Shown here piece by piece: positions 51,540 through 62,477 of a DNA stretch of 64,000 nt. Source of the stretch: Escherichia coli (GTDB taxonomy: Bacteria > Pseudomonadota > Gammaproteobacteria > Enterobacterales > Enterobacteriaceae); assembly GCF_030384885.1 (NCBI RefSeq), contig NZ_CP128613.1, one strand, 5' to 3'. Every line of letters starts with the position of its first letter. Position 1 is the first letter of the stretch. The position numbers and the translations under genes were made by a program. The notes under the pieces were generated by a model. The model was not told the DNA's origin, searched no databases, and saw only the letters and a program-made list of their open reading frames with translations.

Positions 51540-53678
51540 ATGACACCGCATGTGATGAAACGAGACGGCTGCAAAGTGCCGTTTAAATCAGAGCGCATCA
51601 AAGAAGCGATTCTGCGTGCAGCTAAAGCAGCGGAAGTCGATGATGCAGATTATTGCGCCACTGTTGCCGCGGTTGTCAGCGAGCAGATGCAGGGCCGCAG
51701 CCAGGTGGATATCAACGAGATCCAGACCGCCGTTGAAAACCAGCTGATGTCGGGTCCATACAAACAACTGGCTCGTGCTTACATCGAGTACCGTCACGAT
51801 CGCGATATTGAACGTGAAAAACGCGGTCGCCTGAATCAGGAGATCCGTGGTCTGGTCGAGCAGACCAACGCCTCGTTGCTCAACGAAAACGCCAACAAAG
51901 ACAGCAAGGTGATTCCAACCCAGCGCGACCTGCTGGCCGGGATTGTGGCTAAACACTATGCACGTCAGCACCTGCTGCCGCGTGACGTGGTGCAGGCGCA
52001 TGAGCGTGGCGATATTCACTATCACGATCTCGATTACTCGCCGTTCTTCCCGATGTTCAACTGCATGTTGATCGACCTGAAAGGTATGCTGACCCAGGGC
52101 TTTAAGATGGGTAACGCCGAGATTGAACCACCGAAGTCGATCTCTACGGCAACCGCGGTAACAGCGCAGATTATTGCTCAGGTCGCCAGTCATATTTATG
52201 GCGGCACCACCATTAACCGTATCGATGAAGTGCTGGCACCGTTTGTCACCGCCAGCTACAACAAACACCGCAAGACCGCAGAAGAGTGGAACATCCCGGA
52301 CGCCGAAGGTTACGCTAACTCTCGTACCATCAAAGAGTGCTACGATGCCTTCCAGTCGCTGGAGTACGAAGTAAACACCCTGCACACCGCCAACGGTCAA
52401 ACACCGTTTGTGACCTTTGGTTTTGGTCTGGGCACCAGCTGGGAGTCTCGCCTGATTCAGGAGTCTATCCTGCGTAACCGTATCGCGGGCCTCGGTAAAA
52501 ACCGTAAAACTGCGGTGTTCCCGAAACTGGTGTTTGCGATTCGCGATGGCCTGAACCATAAAAAAGGCGATCCGAACTACGACATCAAACAGCTGGCGCT
52601 GGAGTGCGCAAGCAAGCGCATGTATCCAGATATCCTGAACTACGATCAGGTAGTGAAAGTCACCGGTTCGTTTAAAACCCCGATGGGCTGCCGCAGCTTC
52701 CTCGGCGTGTGGGAAAATGAAAACGGCGAACAGATCCACGATGGTCGTAACAACCTCGGCGTGATCAGCCTGAACCTGCCGCGCATTGCGCTGGAAGCGA
52801 AAGGCGATGAGGCCACCTTCTGGAAGCTGCTGGATGAACGTCTGGTGCTGGCACGTAAGGCGCTGATGACCCGTATCGCTCGTCTCGAAGGCGTTAAAGC
52901 GCGCGTGGCCCCGATCCTCTATATGGAAGGTGCTTGTGGCGTTCGTCTGAATGCTGACGACGACGTTTCTGAAATCTTCAAAAACGGTCGTGCGTCTATT
53001 TCGCTGGGTTACATCGGCATCCACGAAACCATTAACGCGCTGTTTGGCGGCGAGCATGTGTATGACAACGAGCAGCTGCGCGCGAAAGGTATCGCCATTG
53101 TTGAACGTCTGCGTCAGGCGGTGGATCAGTGGAAAGAAGAAACGGGTTACGGTTTTAGCCTTTACAGCACGCCAAGTGAAAACCTGTGCGACCGCTTCTG
53201 CCGTCTCGATACCGCGGAGTTTGGCGTGGTGCCGGGCGTGACTGATAAAGGTTACTACACCAACAGTTTCCACCTCGATGTGGAGAAGAAGGTGAACCCG
53301 TACGACAAGATCGACTTTGAAGCGCCTTACCCGCCGCTGGCGAACGGTGGCTTCATTTGCTACGGCGAATATCCAAACATTCAGCACAACCTGAAGGCGC
53401 TGGAAGATGTCTGGGATTACAGCTATCAGCATGTACCGTATTACGGCACCAATACGCCGATTGATGAGTGTTACGAGTGTGGTTTTACCGGTGAGTTTGA
53501 GTGCACCAGTAAAGGCTTCACCTGCCCGAAATGTGGTAACCATGACGCCTCCCGTGTGTCGGTGACTCGCCGCGTGTGCGGATATTTAGGTAGCCCGGAT
53601 GCGCGTCCGTTTAACGCTGGTAAGCAGGAAGAAGTTAAGCGCCGCGTTAAACATTTGGGAAATGGGCAGATCGGTTAA
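51540..53678 (+). CDS. nrdD: Anaerobic ribonucleoside-triphosphate reductase NrdD
   Basis: 712 aa, C-terminal glycyl-radical region and zinc-ribbon cysteines (CYECGF...CPKCG). Confidence 0.97.
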   Translation: MTPHVMKRDGCKVPFKSERIKEAILRAAKAAEVDDADYCATVAAVVSEQMQGRSQVDINEIQTAVENQLMSGPYKQLARAYIEYRHDRDIEREKRGRLNQEIRGLVEQTNASLLNENANKDSKVIPTQRDLLAGIVAKHYARQHLLPRDVVQAHERGDIHYHDLDYSPFFPMFNCMLIDLKGMLTQGFKMGNAEIEPPKSISTATAVTAQIIAQVASHIYGGTTINRIDEVLAPFVTASYNKHRKTAEEWNIPDAEGYANSRTIKECYDAFQSLEYEVNTLHTANGQTPFVTFGFGLGTSWESRLIQESILRNRIAGLGKNRKTAVFPKLVFAIRDGLNHKKGDPNYDIKQLALECASKRMYPDILNYDQVVKVTGSFKTPMGCRSFLGVWENENGEQIHDGRNNLGVISLNLPRIALEAKGDEATFWKLLDERLVLARKALMTRIARLEGVKARVAPILYMEGACGVRLNADDDVSEIFKNGRASISLGYIGIHETINALFGGEHVYDNEQLRAKGIAIVERLRQAVDQWKEETGYGFSLYSTPSENLCDRFCRLDTAEFGVVPGVTDKGYYTNSFHLDVEKKVNPYDKIDFEAPYPPLANGGFICYGEYPNIQHNLKALEDVWDYSYQHVPYYGTNTPIDECYECGFTGEFECTSKGFTCPKCGNHDASRVSVTRRVCGYLGSPDARPFNAGKQEEVKRRVKHLGNGQIG

Positions 53679-53701
53679 TCTTCACTCTGCGCTAAGCAAA
53701 T

Positions 53702-53786
53702 GCCGGATGTGGCGTAAACGCCTTATCCGGCCTACATTTGGCAACGGCTGTAGGCCTGATAAGACGCAACAGCGTCGCATCAGGCG
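53702..53786. repeat. BIME (two REP units) between nrdD and nrdG
   Basis: GCCGGATGTGGCGTAAACGCCTTATCCGGCCTACA and GTAGGCCTGATAAGACGCAACAGCGTCGCATCAGGC. Confidence 0.8.
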
Positions 53787-53835
53787 TTGATTGCCTGATA
53801 CCGCCTACACGCGGACTGATAAGCCAGGCGAAATA

Positions 53836-54300
53836 ATGAATTATCATCAGTACTATCCTGTCGACATCGTCAACGGCCCCGGCACTCGCTGCACCCTGTT
53901 TGTCTCCGGGTGTGTTCATGAATGCCCCGGTTGCTATAACAAAAGCACCTGGCGGGTAAATTCCGGTCAGCCATTTACCAAAGCAATGGAAGACCAGATC
54001 ATTAACGATCTGAATGACACCCGCATCAAACGCCAGGGTATTTCCCTCTCCGGCGGCGATCCGCTGCATCCGCAAAACGTGCCGGATATTCTAAAACTGG
54101 TACAACGCATCCGCGCCGAATGTCCGGGTAAAGACATCTGGGTGTGGACAGGCTATAAATTCGACGAACTCAACGCTGCGCAAATGCAGGTTGTTGATTT
54201 GATTAACGTGCTGGTCGACGGCAAATTTATGCAGGATCTAAAAGACCCTTCCCTGATCTGGCGCGGCAGCAGCAATCAGGTGGTGCATCATTTGCGTTAG
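53836..54300 (+). CDS. nrdG: Anaerobic RNR activating enzyme NrdG (radical SAM)
   Basis: 154 aa from MNYHQYYPVDIVNGPGTRCTLFVSGCVHECPGCYN; ORF-track upstream extension trimmed. Confidence 0.95.
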   Translation: MNYHQYYPVDIVNGPGTRCTLFVSGCVHECPGCYNKSTWRVNSGQPFTKAMEDQIINDLNDTRIKRQGISLSGGDPLHPQNVPDILKLVQRIRAECPGKDIWVWTGYKFDELNAAQMQVVDLINVLVDGKFMQDLKDPSLIWRGSSNQVVHHLR

Positions 54301-54540
54301 TCACTCATCCAGCCGGACCTTAATGGCCTCCTGTGGGTTGGCCAGTCGTTCCCTGACAGTGCGTAACAAGGCTTCTTCACTATCACTGACAGTGAGCGTT
54401 TTTACCGGCATTCGTCCATTTTCCGCAACGTACTGAAACAGCAGCCGCACTGCTTCAGTAGGCGTGATATTTAATTTTTCCAGCACCGCATAAGCCTCAT
54501 TTTTCAGTTTGTCATCCAGGCGGACGTTAAGTGTGGCCAT
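54301..54540 (-). CDS. Orphan RelB/DinJ-like ribbon-helix-helix antitoxin-family protein
   Basis: 79 aa, MATLNVRLDDKLKNEAYAVLEKLNITPTEAVRLLFQYVAENGRMP aligns with the DinJ N-terminus; no toxin ORF adjacent; stop codon abuts nrdG stop. Confidence 0.6.
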   Translation of the reverse strand: MATLNVRLDDKLKNEAYAVLEKLNITPTEAVRLLFQYVAENGRMPVKTLTVSDSEEALLRTVRERLANPQEAIKVRLDE

Positions 54541-54730
54541 TATGCCTCCGGTAATTATGAAAAGTGTAATGCATTATAGCATTACATATGCATTACATTC
54601 ATTTCTGGAAAACGCCTCGCAAAAATGAGGACGACACGCAGGAATATGCGGTAGTGAAGATAGATATTGCGGTGATTTTTCGAAGGGGAAGAAAGCGTTG
54701 GGCGGTAACGTTTCACCGCCCAATAAGGAA

Positions 54731-55120
<390 letters not shown>

Positions 55121-55169
55121 TCACTTCCTTTTTCTTATTAAGATTTGGCGCGGCAGGTCGCGCCTTTTT

Positions 55170-56522
55170 TTACTGCCCGGCGATTTTCATCTCCGGCAAC
55201 AGCACAGAACCACACTGTATATTGCTGCGTGTTTCAATATCGTTACCGACGGTGACAATATTGCGCCACATATCTTTTAAATTACCTGCGATGGTGATTT
55301 CGCTAACCGGATACTGAATTTCGCCATTCTCTACCCAGAAGCCCGCAGCACCACGGGAATAATCACCGGTAATGGCACTCACTCCCTGGCCCATCAGTTC
55401 CGTCACCACCAGCCCGGTGCCCATCTCTTTGAGCATTTGTTCGAAGCTTAGCCCTTGCCCGGCAATTCGCCAATTATGAATACCGCCTGCATGTCCGGTG
55501 CTTTTCAGCCCCAGTTTACGTGCGGAATAGCTGGTCAGCAGCCACTGGGTCAGAATGCCATCTTTAATAATATCGCGACGCTCGGTGCGCACACCTTCGC
55601 TGTCGAATGGCGTCGATGCCAGCCCTTTCAGCAGATGCGGATGCTCTTCAATGGTCAGCCAATCCGGTAGAATTTGTTTACCCAGCGAATCCAGCAGGAA
55701 GGTGGATTTACGGTAGACCGATCCACCCGCTATCGCCCCAACCAGATGGCCAAAAAGCCCGGTTGCCACTTCATTGGCAAAAATTACCGGCGCTTTCATG
55801 GTGGAAAGTTTACGCGGTGACAGGCGCGATAAAGTACGGCGAGCACAGTCGGCCCCGACCCACTCTGGCGTTTGCAGATCGCTCATCGCGCGACCAATGG
55901 TGTAGGCGTAATCACGCTCCATATCGCCATTTTCTTCGGCAATTACGCAGCTTGAGAGTGAATGACGCGTTGAGCAATAACCCTGCAACATGCCGTGGCT
56001 GTTGCCAAAAACTTTTACGCCGTAGTGGCTGTTAAAACTGCCGCCTTCGGTATTGGTGATGCGTTTATCCGCCTGTAATGCTGCCTGTTCTGCGCGAGCC
56101 GCCAGTTCAATAGCTTCATCCGGGGAAACTTCCGCAGGGTGAAACAAGTCGAGATCCGGCGCGTCAAAGGCCAGCAGCTCTTTGTCTGCCACGCCGGCAC
56201 AGGGATCTGGCGAAGTGTAACGAGCAATATCCAGCGCTGCCTGTACGGTGCGGGCAATGGCCTGCGGGCTTAAATCGGTAGACGATGCGCTACCTTTACG
56301 GTTCTGGTGATAAACAGTGATCCCCAGCGCGCCATCGCTATTGAATTCGACATTCTCCACTTCGCCATATCGCGTGCTAACGCTAATGCCGGTGGTCTTG
56401 CTGACGGCAACTTCCGCACCGTCCGATTTGCCTGAGGCCAACTCCAGCGCAGTGGAAACTGCTTCTTCCAGAATCTTGCGCTGCGCTTCAACTTGAGAGA
56501 TTACTTTCATTGCAAGTGCCAT
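55170..56522 (-). CDS. pmbA: Metalloprotease PmbA (TldE)
   Basis: 450 aa, [29 protein letters not shown]... Confidence 0.95.
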
Positions 56523-56615
56523 AATGTAGAGAGTTTCTCTGAAGTCTAACAGAGAACCGTTTTTCAGTGCGCATCTTAACTGGTAACATTAGCCTCTTTT
56601 TTTAAGGAGCCTGAG

Positions 56616-57167
56616 ATGACTAAGCAGCCCGAAGACTGGCTCGACGACGTTCCCGGTGATGACATCGAAGACGAAGACGATGAAATTATCTGGGTCAGTA
56701 AAAGTGAAATTAAACGCGATGCCGAGGAGCTAAAACGCCTTGGCGCAGAAATTGTTGATCTGGGGAAAAACGCGCTGGATAAGATCCCGTTAGACGCGGA
56801 TCTGCGTGCGGCTATCGAGTTAGCCCAGCGTATTAAGATGGAAGGTCGCCGCCGCCAGTTGCAGCTCATCGGTAAGATGCTGCGCCAGCGCGACGTAGAA
56901 CCGATCCGTCAGGCGCTGGATAAGCTGAAAAACCGCCACAACCAGCAAGTGGTGTTGTTCCATAAACTGGAAAACCTGCGCGATCGTCTGATCGAGCAAG
57001 GTGATGACGCCATCGCTGAAGTATTGAATCTGTGGCCCGATGCCGATCGTCAGCAACTGCGAACTCTGATCCGCAACGCGAAGAAAGAGAAAGAAGGGAA
57101 TAAGCCGCCGAAATCCGCGCGCCAGATTTTCCAGTATCTGCGTGAGTTAGCGGAAAACGAAGGGTAA
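56616..57167 (+). CDS. yjgA: Ribosome-associated protein YjgA (DarP, DUF615)
   Basis: 183 aa, [43 protein letters not shown]. Confidence 0.9.
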   Translation: MTKQPEDWLDDVPGDDIEDEDDEIIWVSKSEIKRDAEELKRLGAEIVDLGKNALDKIPLDADLRAAIELAQRIKMEGRRRQLQLIGKMLRQRDVEPIRQALDKLKNRHNQQVVLFHKLENLRDRLIEQGDDAIAEVLNLWPDADRQQLRTLIRNAKKEKEGNKPPKSARQIFQYLRELAENEG

Positions 57168-57192
57168 TTTTCGTTGTTGATGTGAGTATGGT

Positions 57193-57296
57193 TTGCCGGA
57201 TGCGGTGCACCTGTAGGCCTGATAAGACGCATCAAGCGTCGCATCAGGCACTATGCTCAAATGCCGGATGCGGCGTGAACGCCTTATCCGGCCTAC
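57193..57296. repeat. BIME (REP cluster) between yjgA and mpl
   Basis: GCCGGATGCGGTGCACCTGTAGGCCTGATAAGACGCATCAAGCGTCGCATCAGGC and GCCGGATGCGGCGTGAACGCCTTATCCGGCCTACA. Confidence 0.8.
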
Positions 57297-57322
57297 ACAC
57301 ACTATATCAGGCTGAGGCCGAA

Positions 57323-58696
57323 TTACTGCGCGGCTTCCGCTTTCTTCGCTAGCCCATCCAGCAGTTTCTGATGAATTCCACCAAAACCGCCGTTGCTCAT
57401 CACCAGAATATGGTCGCCAGGCTGAGCGGTTTTCACCACCATATCTGCCAGTGTATCCACATCGCCACTCCAGTGTGCAGGCTGAACGCAGGCTTCTGCC
57501 ACTTCTGCGACCTGCCAAGGAATATGCGCCGGTTGCAGCAGGAAGACTTCATCGGCACGACCTAATGAAGGTGCCAAATCGTCTTTGCAGATCCCCATTT
57601 TCATGGTGTTTGAGCGCGGTTCCAGCACGGCAATAATGCGCGCCGTACCGCCAACTTTGCCGCGCAGCGCAGCCAGCGTTGCCAGAATCGCCGTCGGGTG
57701 ATGGGCAAAATCGTCATACACCGTCACGCCATTTGCTTCTCCGCGCAACTCCAGACGACGACGAGCGTTAATAAACGAACCCAGCGCGTTAGCAGCATCT
57801 GCCGGCGCTACGCCAACATGACGGGCCGCCGCAATCGCCATCAGGCCGTTGTGCATATTATGTTCGCCCACCAGCGACCATTTCACTTCGCCCACTTTTT
57901 CGCCATCCAGCAAGACTTCCCATTCGGAAGCGTCAGTGGTCAGCTTTTTCGCCTGCCAGTGCCCCTGCTCGCCCACCAGCTCCTGCTCGCTCCAGCAGCC
58001 CATCGCCATGGTTTGTTTCAGGTTGATGTCGTTTTCCGGCCAGATAATACGCCCCTGCCCCGGAACGATACGCACCAGATGGTGGAACTGTTTCTGGATC
58101 GCTTTCAGGTCGTCAAAGATATCGGCATGATCGAACTCAAGGTTGTTGAGGATCAGCGTACGCGGGCAGTAATGGACAAATTTAGAGCGTTTGTCGAAGA
58201 AGGCGCAGTCATACTCATCCGCTTCGATAACAAAGAAGTCGCTTTCGCCTAAACGTGCCGAAACGTCAAAGTTCCCCGGAACACCGCCGATCACAAAACC
58301 CGGTTTATAGCCACACTGTTCCAGAATCCAGGTCGCCATTCCCGCGGTGGTGGTTTTGCCGTGTGTACCGGCAACGGCCAACACCCAGCGGTCACGCAGC
58401 ACAAAATCGTGCAGCCACTGCGGGCCAGACATATAAGGGATGTTTTTTTCCAGTACCACTTCCACACACGGATTTCCACGGGTCATGGCGTTGCCAATGA
58501 TCACCAGATCCGGCTGCGGGTCGAGCTGGCTGGCATCGTAACCCTGAATCAGTTCAATGCCTTGCTTCTCAAGTAAGGTGCTCATCGGCGGATACACATT
58601 GGCGTCCGAACCCGTTACTTCATGGCCTAACTGGCGCGCCAGCATCGCCAGACCGCCCATAAATGTGCCACAAATTCCTAAAATATGAATGCGCAT
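57323..58696 (-). CDS. mpl: UDP-N-acetylmuramate:L-alanyl-gamma-D-glutamyl-meso-DAP ligase Mpl
   Basis: 457 aa, Mur ligase family (GTHGKTTT P-loop). Confidence 0.95.
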   Translation of the reverse strand: MRIHILGICGTFMGGLAMLARQLGHEVTGSDANVYPPMSTLLEKQGIELIQGYDASQLDPQPDLVIIGNAMTRGNPCVEVVLEKNIPYMSGPQWLHDFVLRDRWVLAVAGTHGKTTTAGMATWILEQCGYKPGFVIGGVPGNFDVSARLGESDFFVIEADEYDCAFFDKRSKFVHYCPRTLILNNLEFDHADIFDDLKAIQKQFHHLVRIVPGQGRIIWPENDINLKQTMAMGCWSEQELVGEQGHWQAKKLTTDASEWEVLLDGEKVGEVKWSLVGEHNMHNGLMAIAAARHVGVAPADAANALGSFINARRRLELRGEANGVTVYDDFAHHPTAILATLAALRGKVGGTARIIAVLEPRSNTMKMGICKDDLAPSLGRADEVFLLQPAHIPWQVAEVAEACVQPAHWSGDVDTLADMVVKTAQPGDHILVMSNGGFGGIHQKLLDGLAKKAEAAQ

Positions 58697-58871
58697 ACGT
58701 CACTATCCTTTTTTAATCTGCCGCTCATTTTACGCATATGTCGGGCAAGTGAGAAACGCATTTCAGGATAATCCGTAATTTGCTGGCGCGATTCACCTGA
58801 GCGCAACATTGAGATTATTTGTTAAGATTGTTGCGGTCGCTTTACTCCATAAACATTGCAGGGAAAGTTTT

Positions 58872-59870
58872 ATGAAAACGTTAGGTGAATTTATTGTCGA
58901 AAAGCAGCACGAGTTTTCTCATGCTACCGGTGAGCTCACTGCTTTGCTGTCGGCAATAAAACTGGGCGCCAAGATTATCCATCGCGATATCAACAAAGCA
59001 GGACTGGTTGATATCCTGGGTGCCAGCGGTGCTGAGAACGTGCAGGGCGAGGTTCAGCAGAAACTCGACTTGTTCGCTAATGAAAAACTGAAAGCCGCAC
59101 TGAAAGCACGCGATATCGTTGCGGGCATTGCCTCTGAAGAAGAAGATGAGATTGTCGTCTTTGAAGGCTGTGAACACGCAAAATACGTGGTGCTGATGGA
59201 CCCACTGGATGGCTCGTCCAACATCGATGTTAACGTCTCTGTCGGTACCATTTTCTCCATTTACCGCCGTGTTACCCCTGTCGGTACGCCGGTAACGGAA
59301 GAAGACTTCCTCCAGCCTGGTAACAAACAGGTTGCGGCAGGTTACGTGGTATACGGCTCCTCTACCATGTTGGTTTACACCACCGGATGCGGTGTTCACG
59401 CCTTTACTTACGATCCTTCGCTTGGCGTTTTCTGCCTGTGCCAGGAACGGATGCGCTTCCCGGAGAAAGGCAAAACCTACTCCATCAACGAAGGGAACTA
59501 CATTAAGTTTCCAAACGGGGTGAAGAAGTACATTAAATTCTGTCAGGAAGAAGATAAGTCCACCAACCGTCCATATACCTCACGTTATATCGGTTCACTG
59601 GTCGCAGATTTCCACCGTAACCTGCTGAAAGGTGGGATTTATCTCTACCCAAGCACCGCCAGCCACCCGGACGGTAAACTGCGTTTACTGTATGAGTGCA
59701 ACCCGATGGCGTTCCTCGCGGAACAAGCGGGCGGTAAAGCGAGCGATGGCAAAGAGCGTATTCTGGATATCATCCCGGAAACCCTGCACCAGCGTCGTTC
59801 GTTCTTTGTCGGCAATGACCATATGGTTGAAGATGTCGAACGCTTTATCCGTGAGTTCCCGGACGCGTAA
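58872..59870 (+). CDS. fbp: Fructose-1,6-bisphosphatase class 1 Fbp
   Basis: 332 aa from [26 protein letters not shown]-track upstream extension trimmed. Confidence 0.95.
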
Positions 59871-59907
59871 ATGAGTTAACGCCGGAGCAGTCCGGCGTTT
59901 TCAATTA

Positions 59908-60423
59908 TCAATTAACAAAGGTTAATTTGACTCGTTTAGATACGCAAAAATAGGGGATCCAGATTGCAAGATGGATGATACTTTTCAGAAGCTCCCATGC
60001 ATCTGTCAATTCAAATGAGGCATTAAGAAAGTGCATTGTCCCCCAAATATCAGCCACAATGAATGCAAACAGTGACAGAAGAAGGGCAATATAATACTGT
60101 GGAAGCTGGCGTTTTTTGTTAAAAAACAAATAAGTAGTATAAATCAACAGCAGAAACAAAACGGCAAATCCGGCGGTTTCCAGATAAAGTGCCGTCCTGA
60201 GCGGTTCTTCGTAAATTACGCGAGTAAGCCCCCAAGTATGGATAATTGAATACGCGTTCGCAAGAATACCAAGCACTAAACCAATTGCCGGCAGAAATAG
60301 CCAGCCGCCAATCCCTGTAAGCTTTTTATCCGCACAACTTTTACAATAATCGTCAGGTGGTAAAACAGCCACACCACAGTTTTTACATGTTGTTTGTAAT
60401 TCTTCGCCGTCCTTCACCCACAT
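59908..60423 (-). CDS. Hypothetical membrane protein with N-terminal zinc ribbon, in an AT-rich segment between fbp and yjfF
   Basis: 171-aa ORF; CKNCGVAVLPPDDYCKSC (CxxC-x10-CxxC) followed by about four hydrophobic helices; lower GC than flanks. Confidence 0.5.
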   Translation of the reverse strand: MWVKDGEELQTTCKNCGVAVLPPDDYCKSCADKKLTGIGGWLFLPAIGLVLGILANAYSIIHTWGLTRVIYEEPLRTALYLETAGFAVLFLLLIYTTYLFFNKKRQLPQYYIALLLSLFAFIVADIWGTMHFLNASFELTDAWELLKSIIHLAIWIPYFCVSKRVKLTFVN

Positions 60424-60450
60424 AAAAATATCCTTATATATCAGTAAAAT

Positions 60451-61455
60451 TTATTCTTTTAGTCTAATTTCCGGACTCACTCTCATTACTGGCGAACTCT
60501 GGCGATTCTCCCACAGCACCGTTAATCCACGCTGTAAGGCAATAAAAATGAACAGCAAAATGCCGATGGCGATTTTCGTCCACCAGGAACTCAGCGTGCC
60601 ATCAAAGTTTATGTAAGTCTGAATTAGCCCCTGAATCGCCACGCCAAAAAGCGTCCCTAATACCGTTCCAACGCCACCGCTCAAAAGTGTACCGCCAATC
60701 ACCACTGAGGCGATAGCGTCCAGTTCCACACCTACGCCCGCCAGCGCATATCCGGCTTGGGTATAAATCGAGAAAACAATCCCCGCCAGTGTTGCCAGTC
60801 CGGTGGAGAGCATATAAATGCGAATAGTGGTGCTGCGAGTGGAAACCCCCATCAGGTTCGCCGACGTTGCGTTGCCGCCAATGGCGTATACCTGATTACC
60901 AAAACGGGTACGATGCGCGAGGAATATGCCGATAACCACCACCGCCAGCATCAGTAGCCCCATCGCACTTAAGCGACCGCCACCAGGGATTTTCCATGCA
61001 AGGCTTGAGAGCGTGTCATAAACAGGATGGTTTATCGGGATCGATTCTTCCGAAACGAGATAGCTGACGCCGCGCAAAAAGAACATTCCTGCCAGGGTAA
61101 TGATAAACGCCGGGATCTTCAGGGCGTCAATCAGAAGCCCCATAAATGCGCCGAAGGCACAGCCCATCACCAGCACCAGTGGAAACGCCAGCAGCGGCGA
61201 GAGGCCGAAATCGCCAATCACCTTTGCCAGAAACACCCCAGTAAAGGCGATCACCGAACCGACGGAGAGATCGATCCCTCCGGAGAGGATCACAAAGGTC
61301 ATGCCGACGGCAATAATCCCCAGAAAGGCGTTATCGGTCAGGATATTGCAGATCACTCTTGTGGAAGCAAAACCGGGGAACTGCGTCAGGCAGTAGAGAT
61401 AGCCCAACACAAAGACGCCGATGGTGATCATCAGTGGCAAGTTACGTTTTATCAC
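60451..61455 (-). CDS. yjfF: ABC transporter permease YjfF (galactofuranose transporter)
   Basis: 334-aa ORF, polytopic permease. Confidence 0.9.
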   Translation of the reverse strand: MIKRNLPLMITIGVFVLGYLYCLTQFPGFASTRVICNILTDNAFLGIIAVGMTFVILSGGIDLSVGSVIAFTGVFLAKVIGDFGLSPLLAFPLVLVMGCAFGAFMGLLIDALKIPAFIITLAGMFFLRGVSYLVSEESIPINHPVYDTLSSLAWKIPGGGRLSAMGLLMLAVVVIGIFLAHRTRFGNQVYAIGGNATSANLMGVSTRSTTIRIYMLSTGLATLAGIVFSIYTQAGYALAGVGVELDAIASVVIGGTLLSGGVGTVLGTLFGVAIQGLIQTYINFDGTLSSWWTKIAIGILLFIFIALQRGLTVLWENRQSSPVMRVSPEIRLKE

Positions 61456-62467
61456 GGCTACGCACTCCTTTAATCAGACTGATAAAGCGTTGCGACTGAA
61501 CAATCAGCACGCAAAGCACCACTACCGCTTTCACCACCTGGTTCATCTCTGGCGGAAAGCCAGAAAGTAAAATTCCGGTGTTCATCCCCTGAATAATCAG
61601 CGCCCCTACCACTGAGAGCAGCAGGTTAAAACGCCCGCCCATCAGCGATCCGCCGCCAATCACCACCGCAAGAATGGCGTCCAGCTCCAGCCATAATCCG
61701 GCGTTGTTGGCATCGGCACCGCGAATATCCGCCGCCACGATAATGCCCGCAATCGCCGCACACAGCCCGCTCAACACATAAGTGAGCATGACGATGATTC
61801 GTGTGTTGACTCCGGCATTTTTTGCCGCCCGAATGTTGATACCAACGGCTTCGATAAACATCCCCAGTGCCGTTTTGCGGGTCAACAGCCAGAAGAGGAG
61901 AAGCGTCAGTACCGCAATAATGACTGGTGTTGGCAGGAACACCAGCGATCCGCTGCCAAACCATGAGAGATCCGGCGAGTTAAACGTGACGATCTGTCCG
62001 GAGGTGATCAGTTGCGCCACGCCGCGCCCGGCGACCATCAGGATCAGGGTGGCGACAAACGGCTGAATTTTGAGGATCGCTACCAGTATGCCGTTCCACA
62101 ACCCCGCCAGGATGCCGGTGCCCAGGGCGCTTAACAAAACAATCGGCAGGCTGAATCCCGCGACCGTCATCGCAGCCGTTGTGGCTCCGGCGATAGCCAT
62201 CACCGCCCCTACGGAGAGATCGATACCACCGGTGGCGATAACCAGCGTCATGCCAATCGCCAGTAGCGCAACCGGGGCGGCGCGATTAAGAATGTCGATG
62301 GGGCTACCGAACAAACGCCCATCCTGAAGCACGACCTGCCAGAAATGCGGGGCCACCAGGCTATCGACCAGCAGCACCAGCAATAGCGCCGCCAGCTGCG
62401 GCATTCCCGTTGGCCAGCGAAAGCGCCTTTTCGACGGCGTAGTGCCCGGGAGAGATTGAGGCATCAC
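61442..62467 (-). CDS. ytfT: ABC transporter permease YtfT
   Basis: 341 aa from MPQSLPGTTPSKRRF; overlaps yjfF start. Confidence 0.9.
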   Translation of the reverse strand: MMPQSLPGTTPSKRRFRWPTGMPQLAALLLVLLVDSLVAPHFWQVVLQDGRLFGSPIDILNRAAPVALLAIGMTLVIATGGIDLSVGAVMAIAGATTAAMTVAGFSLPIVLLSALGTGILAGLWNGILVAILKIQPFVATLILMVAGRGVAQLITSGQIVTFNSPDLSWFGSGSLVFLPTPVIIAVLTLLLFWLLTRKTALGMFIEAVGINIRAAKNAGVNTRIIVMLTYVLSGLCAAIAGIIVAADIRGADANNAGLWLELDAILAVVIGGGSLMGGRFNLLLSVVGALIIQGMNTGILLSGFPPEMNQVVKAVVVLCVLIVQSQRFISLIKGVRSRDKT

Positions 62468-62477
62468 ACAGTTCTCC

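Noticed and set aside
51588-53543. 651-aa ORF antisense to nrdD
   Set aside because: The opposite strand encodes unmistakable NrdD with conserved motifs; long antisense ORFs are a common artefact of codon bias in GC-rich genes
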